Made by a program: the position numbers and the translations under genes. 32,000 nucleotides of DNA. Source: Pseudodesulfovibrio mercurii (GTDB taxonomy: Bacteria; Desulfobacterota; Desulfovibrionia; Desulfovibrionales; Desulfovibrionaceae). The stretch spans positions 90,001-122,000 of the forward strand of contig NC_016803.1 in the NCBI RefSeq assembly GCF_000189295.2. Direction: 5' to 3'. Shown here piece by piece: positions 18,557-26,478 of this stretch. Below the pieces are notes generated by a model. The model was not told where the DNA came from and did not search any database. It worked only from the letters and a program-made list of their open reading frames with translations. Within the stretch, counting starts at the first letter, position 1; every line of letters starts with the position of its first letter.

Positions 18557-19492
18557 GTGGAAAACGTGACACAGACAGCTATCGGCACCACTCCGGACCG
18601 CAAGGGGTTCAGCAACCAGGCCATCGCCCGCATCTTCACGGTGCCGGGGCAGGTGGTCTCCCTCCTGGTCCTCGTCATGCCGCTCTTGGTGGCATTGTAT
18701 ATGAGCTTCACCGACTGGTCGCCCACGCGCGGCTCCCTGTTCGACGCCTCCTTCGTGGGCTTCGACAACTATTCGGAACTGCTCATCTGGGACACCCGGT
18801 TCATCTACGCGGTCATCCGCACACTGCTCATCTCCGGCATCTGCCTGTGCCTCGAGTTCACCTTCGGGCTCGGCCTGGCGGTCCTGTTCCTGCGCAGGTT
18901 CCGGGGCAAGTCGGTGCTCTTCTCGGCGTTTCTGACGCCCATGATGATCCTGCCCGTGGTGGTGGGGTACATCTTCTGGATGCTCTTCCAGTCCAACGGC
19001 CCGGTGAACCAGATGCTCGAGTTCGTCTTCGGGGCCGGGGCCACCCTGGACTGGTTCCGCTCGGCCGCCCCGGCGATCGTCGCGGTCATCGTCACCGAGG
19101 TCTGGCACTGGACGCCGCTCTTCTTCCTGATCCTGCTCTCCGGGCTCAACTCCGTGCCCGAGAACCCGATACGGGCGGCGGTCATCCTCGGGGCCAACCC
19201 CAGCCAGGTCTTCTGGCGCGTGGTCATGCCGACCCTCAAGCCGGTCATCATCGTGGCCTTCGTCATCCGGGCCATGGAGATCATCAAGCTCTTCGACGAG
19301 GTCTTCATGCTCACCCGGGGCGGGCCCGGCTCCTCCACGGAGACCATCAGCCTGTACATCTACAAGCTGGCCTTCAACGACTTCCAGCTCGCCTACGGCG
19401 CGGCCGCGGCCTTCCTGGTCCTGGTGGGATCGCTCCTGCTGGTCCACCTGCTGCTCGCCCCGGTGCGCAACCAGCTCCTGGAGGGCAAATAA
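18557..19492 (+). CDS. ABC permease (MalF/UgpA/PotB-like, BPD_transp_1)
   Basis: 6 predicted TM segments and an EAA-like loop (AAVILGANPSQVFWRVVMP). The start is GTG at 18557 per the track; the exact start is uncertain. Confidence 0.8.
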   Translation: MENVTQTAIGTTPDRKGFSNQAIARIFTVPGQVVSLLVLVMPLLVALYMSFTDWSPTRGSLFDASFVGFDNYSELLIWDTRFIYAVIRTLLISGICLCLEFTFGLGLAVLFLRRFRGKSVLFSAFLTPMMILPVVVGYIFWMLFQSNGPVNQMLEFVFGAGATLDWFRSAAPAIVAVIVTEVWHWTPLFFLILLSGLNSVPENPIRAAVILGANPSQVFWRVVMPTLKPVIIVAFVIRAMEIIKLFDEVFMLTRGGPGSSTETISLYIYKLAFNDFQLAYGAAAAFLVLVGSLLLVHLLLAPVRNQLLEGK

Positions 19493-20352
19493 TGCAAGAC
19501 AAGAAGCTTTCCCCCGTGCAGACCATCATCATGGGCGCGGCCCTGATCGTGGTCCTGTTCCCGGTCTTCTGGATCCTGATGACGGCCATCAAGCCGCCCA
19601 CCGACTGGAACGCGTCCCCGGCCATCTGGGTCCCGTCCGAGCCGACCTTCGTCAACTTCCAGACCCTGTTCGACCCCGAGGCTTTGGGCAAGTACGGCGT
19701 GGGCGGCGTGAGCCAGCCCGCCACCAAGGCGGTCTTCGGCTCGCTGCTGGCGACCATCGTGTCCACCACCCTGTCCGTGATCATCGGGCTTTTCTCGGCC
19801 ATCGGTATCTCGCGCTACGGGAACAACTCCAAGTCCACGCCCCTGGTCATCCTGTCCGGGCGCATGTTCCCGCCCGCGGCCATCGCCGTGCCCTTCGTGA
19901 TCATCTTCTCGAACATCGGGCTGATCGACAGCTACACCGGACTCATCGCCATCTACGTGGCGGTCACGCTGCCGTTCTCCACCTGGATGCTCAAGTCCTT
20001 CGTGGACGACCTGCCGCGCGAGATCGAGGAGGCGGCCATGATCGACGGGAGCGGCAAGCTGGCCGCGCACCTGACCGTGACCATTCCGCTCATCAAGGGC
20101 GGGCTGTTCGCCACGACCATGTTCATCTTCATTCTCAACTGGTCGGAGTTCATGTTCGCCCTGGTCCTGGCCTATTCGAACATCTCGACCATCCCGGTCC
20201 AGCTCGCCAAGTACGTCACGGCCACGGCCGGGACCCTGTACGGCGTGCAGGCCGCCCTGGCCGTGCTGGCCATGATTCCCTTGGTCATCGTCGGCTACCT
20301 CATCCAAGGCCACCTCGCCCGTGGCATGACATTCGGAGCGATCAAGCAATGA
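19492..20352 (+). CDS. ABC permease (MalG/UgpE/PotC-like, BPD_transp_1)
   Basis: MQDKKLSPVQTIIMGAALIVVLFPVFWILMTAIKP. EAA loop EEAAMIDGSGKLAAHLTVTIP. The ATG at 19492 overlaps the preceding TAA by 1 nt. Confidence 0.85.
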   Translation: MQDKKLSPVQTIIMGAALIVVLFPVFWILMTAIKPPTDWNASPAIWVPSEPTFVNFQTLFDPEALGKYGVGGVSQPATKAVFGSLLATIVSTTLSVIIGLFSAIGISRYGNNSKSTPLVILSGRMFPPAAIAVPFVIIFSNIGLIDSYTGLIAIYVAVTLPFSTWMLKSFVDDLPREIEEAAMIDGSGKLAAHLTVTIPLIKGGLFATTMFIFILNWSEFMFALVLAYSNISTIPVQLAKYVTATAGTLYGVQAALAVLAMIPLVIVGYLIQGHLARGMTFGAIKQ

Positions 20353-21461
20353 GCAGACCCAAACTGGAACTGGTGAAGCTGCGCAAGGAATATTCCGACG
20401 GCAACGTCATCGCCGTGGACGACATCGACCTGGCCGTGGAGGCCGGGGAGACCGTGGCCCTGCTGGGCTCCTCCGGCTGCGGCAAGTCCACCACCCTGAA
20501 CATGATCGTCGGTCTGGAGCAGCCCACCGGCGGCGACATCCAGATCGACGGGGCCACCGTGGTCAACACCCCGGCGGGCAAGCGCAACGTGGGGCTGGTC
20601 TTCCAGGACTACGCGGTCTTCACCCACATGACCGTGCGCAAGAACCTGGCCTTCGGCCTGGAGGTGCGCGGCAAGTACGTGCTGGAGATCAACCGGGCCG
20701 TGGAGGGCGTGGCCGAGTTGCTCGGCATGCAGGACAAGCTCGACGTCAGCGTCAAGGAGCTGGGCGGCTCGGAGCTCCAGCGGGTGGCCATCGGCCGGAC
20801 CCTGGTGACCAAGCCGGAGATCCTGCTCCTGGACGAGCCCCTGTCCAACCTGGAGGCCGAGGCGCGGCTGGCCATGCGCCGCGAACTCAGGCGGTTGCAG
20901 CAGGAGATCGGCCTGACCATCATCTACGTGACCCACGACCAGGTGGAGGCCCTGTCCCTGGCCGACCGCATCGCGGTCATGAACATGGGCCACATCCTCC
21001 AGGTGGAGGAGACCTCGACCATCTTCGCCCGGCCGGACCACACCTTTGTGGCCGGGTTCCTGGGCTCGCCGCCCATGAACCTGCTGCGCGGCCGGTTCGT
21101 CACCGACGGCGGGGCCATCCGTTTCACCAAGGACGCCTTTTCCCTGGCCATGGGCGAGAGTGCCGACGGTCCCGCGCCCGGCGGGTTCCACACCCTGGGC
21201 GTGCGTCCCGAATCCCTGAGCCTGTCCGAGTCGCGGACGCCGGACATCACCGGGCGCATCCACAACGTGGAGCCGCGCGGCCCGGAGATGGTCGTCACCG
21301 TGGAGGCGGGCCACGAGATGCTCACCCTGGTCACGCCGCCCTCGGGCGCCCTGCACACGGGCGACCCCGTGGGGCTCGATATCGACTTCGACTCCCTGGT
21401 CTTCTTCGGCGGGGACAGCAACCGCCGCGAGGAGATCAGCGTGGCCGGGAGGGTTTTCTGA
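20349..21461 (+). CDS. ABC ATPase 1 (MalK/UgpC/PotA-like with C-terminal TOBE-like domain); degenerate signature motif
   Basis: Walker A GSSGCGKST, Q-loop VFQDYAVF, Walker B ILLLDEPLSNLE and H-loop VTHDQ are all canonical. The signature is LGGSE (nt 20760-20774) instead of LSGGQ. ATGA overlap with the permease gene. Confidence 0.9.
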   Translation: MSRPKLELVKLRKEYSDGNVIAVDDIDLAVEAGETVALLGSSGCGKSTTLNMIVGLEQPTGGDIQIDGATVVNTPAGKRNVGLVFQDYAVFTHMTVRKNLAFGLEVRGKYVLEINRAVEGVAELLGMQDKLDVSVKELGGSELQRVAIGRTLVTKPEILLLDEPLSNLEAEARLAMRRELRRLQQEIGLTIIYVTHDQVEALSLADRIAVMNMGHILQVEETSTIFARPDHTFVAGFLGSPPMNLLRGRFVTDGGAIRFTKDAFSLAMGESADGPAPGGFHTLGVRPESLSLSESRTPDITGRIHNVEPRGPEMVVTVEAGHEMLTLVTPPSGALHTGDPVGLDIDFDSLVFFGGDSNRREEISVAGRVF

Positions 21462-22582
21462 TGACGACCGCCAACATCGGGGGGCAGACCCCCGTCCTGC
21501 ACCTGGAATCCGTGTCCAAGCGGTTCCGCGACAACCAGGCCCTGAGCGGAGTGGACTTCGTCGTGCCCGAGGCCTCGCTGACCGTCATCCTCGGCCCGGC
21601 CGGGGCGGGCAAGACCACCACCCTGCGGATCATCGCCGGGCTGGAGACGCCCGAGCAGGGGCGCGTGCTCCTGGGCGGCGGCGACGTGGGCCGGTGGGAG
21701 CCGCGCGACCGCAACGTGGCCATGATCTTCGACAACCTGGCGCTCTATCCGAACAAGAGCGGCTTCGACAATATCGCCTCGCCCCTGGTCATCCGCAAGG
21801 AGAGCGGGGAGGTCATCCGGGAGCGCGTGGAGGGGATCGCCAAGACTCTGCAGATCACCCACGTGCTCGGGCGGCTGCCCAAGACCATGTCCGGCGGCGA
21901 GAAGCAGCGCGTGGCCCTGGGGAGGGCGCTCATCCGCACGCCCCAGCTCTTCCTGCTCGACGAGCCCCTGTCCAGCCTGGACGCCAAGCTGCGCATCGAA
22001 CTGCGCGCGGAGCTGCGGCGCATGCAGCGCGAGCAGGGGTACACCTTCCTCATGGCCACGCCCGACTACCACGAGGCCATGGCCATCGCGGACACGGTGA
22101 TCATGCTGAGCAAGGGCCGCGTGGTCCAGGTGGACGCGCCCCAGACCATCTACGATCTGCCCGCGGACCGCGAGACCGCCTGCTTCGTGGGCGCGCCCCA
22201 GATCAACCTGTTCCGGGGCGAGTTCGACGAGGCCTCCGGCACGGTCCGCATCAAGGACGCCGGGGTGTCCCTGGCCGCGCCCGAGCATCTGGCCGCGCCC
22301 CTCAAGGCCAGGGGGAGCGGGTTCGAGCTGGGCATCCGTCCGGAGAACCTGGTCCTGACCGCGCCGGACGGAGCCCCGGCCGTGGGCGAGCTGATCGACA
22401 TCGAGCCGCTCGGACCCAAGTCCGTGGCCACGGTGCGCGTGCACGACGCCGAGTTCCGCGTGCTCATCGACAGCCGCGAGGTCCCCGGCCTGACCCTGCA
22501 CGCACCCATCGGGGTGACCCCGGTGAACACCGCGCGCATGGTCGCCTTCGACCTCGAAACCGGGTTGCGGATACAGGCATGA
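21461..22582 (+). CDS. ABC ATPase 2 (MalK/UgpC-like); degenerate Q-loop and H-loop
   Basis: Walker A GPAGAGKTT, signature MSGGEKQRV and Walker B LFLLDEPLSSLD are intact. The Q-loop Gln is Asp (IFDN, nt 21731-21733). The H-loop His is Pro (ATPDYHEA, nt 22061-22063). TGATG overlap with ATPase 1. Confidence 0.85.
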   Translation: MTTANIGGQTPVLHLESVSKRFRDNQALSGVDFVVPEASLTVILGPAGAGKTTTLRIIAGLETPEQGRVLLGGGDVGRWEPRDRNVAMIFDNLALYPNKSGFDNIASPLVIRKESGEVIRERVEGIAKTLQITHVLGRLPKTMSGGEKQRVALGRALIRTPQLFLLDEPLSSLDAKLRIELRAELRRMQREQGYTFLMATPDYHEAMAIADTVIMLSKGRVVQVDAPQTIYDLPADRETACFVGAPQINLFRGEFDEASGTVRIKDAGVSLAAPEHLAAPLKARGSGFELGIRPENLVLTAPDGAPAVGELIDIEPLGPKSVATVRVHDAEFRVLIDSREVPGLTLHAPIGVTPVNTARMVAFDLETGLRIQA

Positions 22583-23547
22583 TCAACATCTTCGTCACCT
22601 ACCGGTGCAACCTCGCCTGCTCCTACTGCTTCGCCAGGGAGCTGCACGCCGAGTACCCCGAGGACCTGACCGAGGAGAACTTCGCCCGGCTCCTGGAATG
22701 GATGGAGCGGGCGCAGCTCCCGGCGGCGGCCTTCATCGGCGGCGAGCCGACCCTGCACCCGCTGCTGCCGTACATGGTCGAGCGCACGGCCGAGGCGGGC
22801 ATCGCCCCGGTGCTGTTCACCAACGGCCTGTTCCCCACGGACCTGGCGGACCGGCTCACGCCCGTGGTCTCCAACTTCGTGGTCAACTACAACGAGCCGT
22901 CCATGTACTCCGACACGCAGGCAGCGCTGCTCGACGCCAACCTGACGGCCATCGCCCGGTCCGGGGCGCGGCTGACCTTCTCCAAGAACTTTTCCAGCCG
23001 GTACCGCGAGTACGGCTACCTGCTGGAGGGGTGCGCCCGGTACGGGGTGCAGTCCGTGCGCTACGACATCTCTCGGCCGTCCATCTCGGCGGCCAACGAC
23101 CACTTCACCAACGACGACACGCGGCAGGTCATCTCCCACATCGTCCGTTTCGTGAAGGCGTGCGAGGAGCGGGGCATCCGCACCGGGCTTGATTGCAGCG
23201 TCCGTTTGTGCGACCTCAGGATCGAAGACCGGAACTACCTCGAGCGGGTGTCCATGAAGTTCTCCGGGGTCTGCCATCCGTCCATCGACGTGCATCCGGA
23301 CCTGTCCGCGTCCTACTGCCTGCCCATGCGGGACATCGCGGTGCCGGACGTGACCGCCTTTTCGAGCCAGGACGCGGTCATGTGGCACTTCGCCGAGCGG
23401 GTACGGCCCATCCGCAAGGCCAACGTGTCCACGGACTGCCTGGAGTGCAAGGACTTCATGCGCCGCTGCCAGGGGGGCTGCATGGCCCTGCGCCGCGCCG
23501 CCGCACCGGCCGCGCCGGACACCGATGACAACGCCAAGGAAGCATAG
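22579..23547 (+). CDS. Radical SAM enzyme with C-terminal SPASM/twitch-like Cys cluster (322 aa)
   Basis: CNLACSYC (CX3CX2C, Cys10/14/17, nt 22606-22629) and FIGGEPTL (SAM-binding GGE). The C-terminus has GVCHPSIDVHPDLSASYC and CLECKDFMRRCQGGC (CX2CX6CX3C, nt 23437-23481). ATGA overlap with ATPase 2. Confidence 0.85.
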   Translation: MINIFVTYRCNLACSYCFARELHAEYPEDLTEENFARLLEWMERAQLPAAAFIGGEPTLHPLLPYMVERTAEAGIAPVLFTNGLFPTDLADRLTPVVSNFVVNYNEPSMYSDTQAALLDANLTAIARSGARLTFSKNFSSRYREYGYLLEGCARYGVQSVRYDISRPSISAANDHFTNDDTRQVISHIVRFVKACEERGIRTGLDCSVRLCDLRIEDRNYLERVSMKFSGVCHPSIDVHPDLSASYCLPMRDIAVPDVTAFSSQDAVMWHFAERVRPIRKANVSTDCLECKDFMRRCQGGCMALRRAAAPAAPDTDDNAKEA

Positions 23548-23550
23548 ATA

Positions 23551-26235
23551 ATGAGCCGACGGAAGATCGTGACCACCTGCACCCGGGACTGCCCCAACTC
23601 CTGCGGCCTGATCGCCGTGGTGGAGGACGGGCGGCTGGTCAAGCTCTCGGGCGACCCGGACCACCCCCTGACCGGCGGGGTGTCCTGCCACAAGACCGCC
23701 AAGTACATCAAGCGGGTGTACAGCGCCGAGCGCATCACCCACCCCCTGCGCAAGGTGGACGGCCGCTGGCGACGGGCGACCTGGGACGAGGTCCTGGACC
23801 TGGTGGCCGACAAATTGAAGGCGGTGGTCGCCGAGTCGGGGCCCGAGGCGGTCCTGTACTACCAGGGGTACGGCGAGCGCACGGCGCTCAAGCTCCTGAA
23901 CAAGTATTTCTTCAACCTGCTGGGCGGGGCCACGACCATGCGCGGCTCCCTGTGCGGCGGGGCCGGGCAGGGGGCCCAGAACCTGGACTTCGGCAACCGC
24001 GTGTCCCACGACCCGTTGGACCATTACAACTCCAAGTCCATGATCCTGTGGGCGCGCAACCCGGTGTCCACGAACATCTCCCTTGTCAGGATCGCCAAGG
24101 ACATCAGGAAGCGCGGCGGCCGCGTGATCGTCGTGGACCCGGCGCGCAGCCTGTCCGTGAACATCGCCACCGACCACATCCGGCCCAAGCCGGGCCGCGA
24201 CGGCTTCCTGGCCATGGCCGCGGCCAAGCTGATCCTCAAGGCCGGGGCCGAGGACCGCGATTTTCTGGAGAACCGGGCCGTGGGCTGGGCCGAGTACCAG
24301 GCCATCCTCGACGGCTTCACCGTGCCCGAGCTGTGTTCCCTGGCCGGGGTGTCCACGGCCGACGCCGAACTGCTGGCCGACACCCTGATGCATCAGTTCC
24401 CGACCTCCATCCTGCTCGGCTGGGGGCTGCACCGCCACGAGTACGCCCACTACGTCATCCGGCCCATCGACGCCCTGGGCGGCATCGCGGGCCTCCTCGG
24501 CACGGCGGGCGGCGGGGTCAGCCAGGGGTTCGAGGAGTACGGCCCCTACGACCAGGCCTGGTGGGGCGACCAGCTGCACCCGGACCACCGGACCCTGCTC
24601 ATCGCCAAGGTGGGCGAGGAGATCCTGAACGCGCGCGACCCGGAGATCCGCATGATCGTGGTCACGGCGGGCAACCCTGTGTGCATGGCCCCCAACGCGG
24701 ACAAGATCGTCCGGGCGTTCAAGAAGGCCGAGATGGTCGTCTACTCCGGCCACTTCCTGGACGACACCGCCGAGCTGGCCGACATCTTTTTGCCCGCGAC
24801 GACCTTCCTGGAGGAGGACGACCTGATGGCCAGCTACGGCCACAACTTCGTGGGCCCGGTGAACCCGGCCATCGAGCCGGTGGGCGAGACCAAGTCCGAA
24901 TTTCAGATGTTCCAGGAATTGTCCGAGCGGTTCCCCTTTGCCGGGGAATACCGGCGGTCCGTGGCCGACTGGCTGCAAACCATCTGCGCCCCGCTCTGGG
25001 AGCAGGGCGCGGACCTCGAAACCGTGCGCAGGGGGCCGTTCCGTCTGGACGCGCCCATGGTCCCGTACGCGGACGGCGTGTTCCCCACCGAATCGGGCAA
25101 GTTCCAGTTCATGACGGAATTCGACCCGGCCGTGCTTCAGGACGAGGACCCGGAATATCCGTACAAGCTCCTGACCATCGCGCCCCACGGGTACATCTGC
25201 TCCGAGCGGACCATGGCCGAGCACGAGGCGTTGCCCACGGTCGTCCTGAACACCGAGGAGGCCCGCAGGCGGGGCGTGTGCGACGGCGGCCACGTGCTGG
25301 TGCGCAGCGCCTACGGCCGGCTCATGGCCCTGCTCAAGGTGGACGAGGCCACGCGGGGCGACGTGCTCGTCACCGAGCGCGGCGGCTGGAACAAGGCGGG
25401 CCACGGGGTCAACCTGCTGACCAGGGACATCGCCTCCATCGTGGGCCAGGGCACGCCGTTCTACGAGACCAGGGTCACGGTGGAGCCGTGCCCGGACGAC
25501 GGGATCATCGGCTCCCGCGTGCTGGTAATCCAGCACTCGGACGAGTCGCCCGGCGGCAATTTCACCAAGGAACTGGCCCGGCAGGGGTGCCTACTGACCA
25601 CCGTCATGCCCGGCGAAGGGGACGCGCTGCCCGATTCGCCCGAGGGGTTTGACCGATTGGTGGTCCTGGGCGGCCCGCAGCACGCCTTCGACGATCAGGG
25701 CTCGCCGCACTTCCCGGCGCTGATGCAACTCATGCGCGGCTTCGACGCGGCGGGCAAGCCCGTGGCGGGCATCTGCCTGGGCTGCCAGATCCTGGCCAGG
25801 GCCTTCGGCGCGACCATCCGGACCATGCCCGAGCTGGAGTTCGGCTACGTGCGGCTGACCGTGACCGAGGCGGGCGCGCAGGACCCGGTGGTGGGCCCGG
25901 CCGGGCCCATCCCGCCGCTCATGGAGTTCCACGAGGACACCTTCGACCTGCCCGAGGGGGCCGAACTGCTGGTCACGGGCGCGGCCTGCGCCAACCAGTG
26001 CTTCCGGGCGGGCAACGCCTCCTACGGGTTTCAGTTTCACCTGGAGCTGGACTCCATCGGGGCCGAGGCGTGGTTCGAAGAGTTCCAGCGCGGCGACATC
26101 GACACCTACGCGAAATACCGCGACCAGTTCACCGACGAATTCTTTGCCGAGATGCGCGGCCGGTTTCCGCTCCTCGTTCCGCAGTCCGGGGACTTCTGCC
26201 GGAACGTGGCCCGGAATTGGCTCCGGCTGAAATAG
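23551..26235 (+). CDS. Cytoplasmic Mo/W-bis-PGD (DMSO-reductase/MopB superfamily) oxidoreductase fused to a C-terminal class-I glutamine amidotransferase domain (894 aa)
   Basis: The N-terminus, with no Tat signal, has C10-X3-C14-X3-C18-X27-C46 ([4Fe-4S] domain). Molybdopterin and Molydop_binding regions follow (YPYKLLTIAPHG...VLVRSAYGRLMALLKVDE). From ~nt 25490 there is a GATase1 domain: RVLVIQH, VVLGGP, GICLGCQ (Cys742, nt 25774-25776) and FQFHLE (His830, nt 26038-26040). It starts 4 nt after the radical SAM stop. Confidence 0.85.
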   Translation: MSRRKIVTTCTRDCPNSCGLIAVVEDGRLVKLSGDPDHPLTGGVSCHKTAKYIKRVYSAERITHPLRKVDGRWRRATWDEVLDLVADKLKAVVAESGPEAVLYYQGYGERTALKLLNKYFFNLLGGATTMRGSLCGGAGQGAQNLDFGNRVSHDPLDHYNSKSMILWARNPVSTNISLVRIAKDIRKRGGRVIVVDPARSLSVNIATDHIRPKPGRDGFLAMAAAKLILKAGAEDRDFLENRAVGWAEYQAILDGFTVPELCSLAGVSTADAELLADTLMHQFPTSILLGWGLHRHEYAHYVIRPIDALGGIAGLLGTAGGGVSQGFEEYGPYDQAWWGDQLHPDHRTLLIAKVGEEILNARDPEIRMIVVTAGNPVCMAPNADKIVRAFKKAEMVVYSGHFLDDTAELADIFLPATTFLEEDDLMASYGHNFVGPVNPAIEPVGETKSEFQMFQELSERFPFAGEYRRSVADWLQTICAPLWEQGADLETVRRGPFRLDAPMVPYADGVFPTESGKFQFMTEFDPAVLQDEDPEYPYKLLTIAPHGYICSERTMAEHEALPTVVLNTEEARRRGVCDGGHVLVRSAYGRLMALLKVDEATRGDVLVTERGGWNKAGHGVNLLTRDIASIVGQGTPFYETRVTVEPCPDDGIIGSRVLVIQHSDESPGGNFTKELARQGCLLTTVMPGEGDALPDSPEGFDRLVVLGGPQHAFDDQGSPHFPALMQLMRGFDAAGKPVAGICLGCQILARAFGATIRTMPELEFGYVRLTVTEAGAQDPVVGPAGPIPPLMEFHEDTFDLPEGAELLVTGAACANQCFRAGNASYGFQFHLELDSIGAEAWFEEFQRGDIDTYAKYRDQFTDEFFAEMRGRFPLLVPQSGDFCRNVARNWLRLK

Positions 26236-26267
26236 CCGGTCCCGCACCCGCCGTCTCTCGCGCAAGG

Positions 26268-26305
26268 AAAGGGAAGGTCTTCCGAAGAAGACCTTCCCTT
26301 TTTAT
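26268..26305 (+). terminator. Rho-independent terminator ending the nine-gene cluster
   Basis: AAAGGGAAGGTCTTC-CGAA-GAAGACCTTCCCTTTTT: perfect stem followed by a T-run, 33 nt after the stop. Confidence 0.8.
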
Positions 26306-26478
26306 GTTTGTTTCACCCTCCGCGCCGCAGGCGCCGGATGGGGTGCAGGGGTGCGAACCCTATCGCTGCTGTCGCCATCTCCGGGGCTCGAAGACTCGCC
26401 AAGAGCTGGGGCTGCCCGCCGGAGGCGAAGTCATCCGTCAATCGCCGCGCAGCGGCCTTCAAACCTGATTTTCCCCCG

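Noticed and set aside
22150-25536. 1128-aa minus-strand ORF antisense to the ATPase 2, radical SAM and Mo-enzyme genes; similar long ORFs at 8668-10515, 10569-12059, 12511-13998, 14175-16025, 16915-18540, 18467-19447, 19393-20349, 20295-21356 and 20924-22501
   Set aside because: Same reasoning. They lie antisense or out of frame to well-supported genes, have biased G/R/P/H/D composition and no recognisable domains, and arise because stop codons are rare in high-GC DNA.
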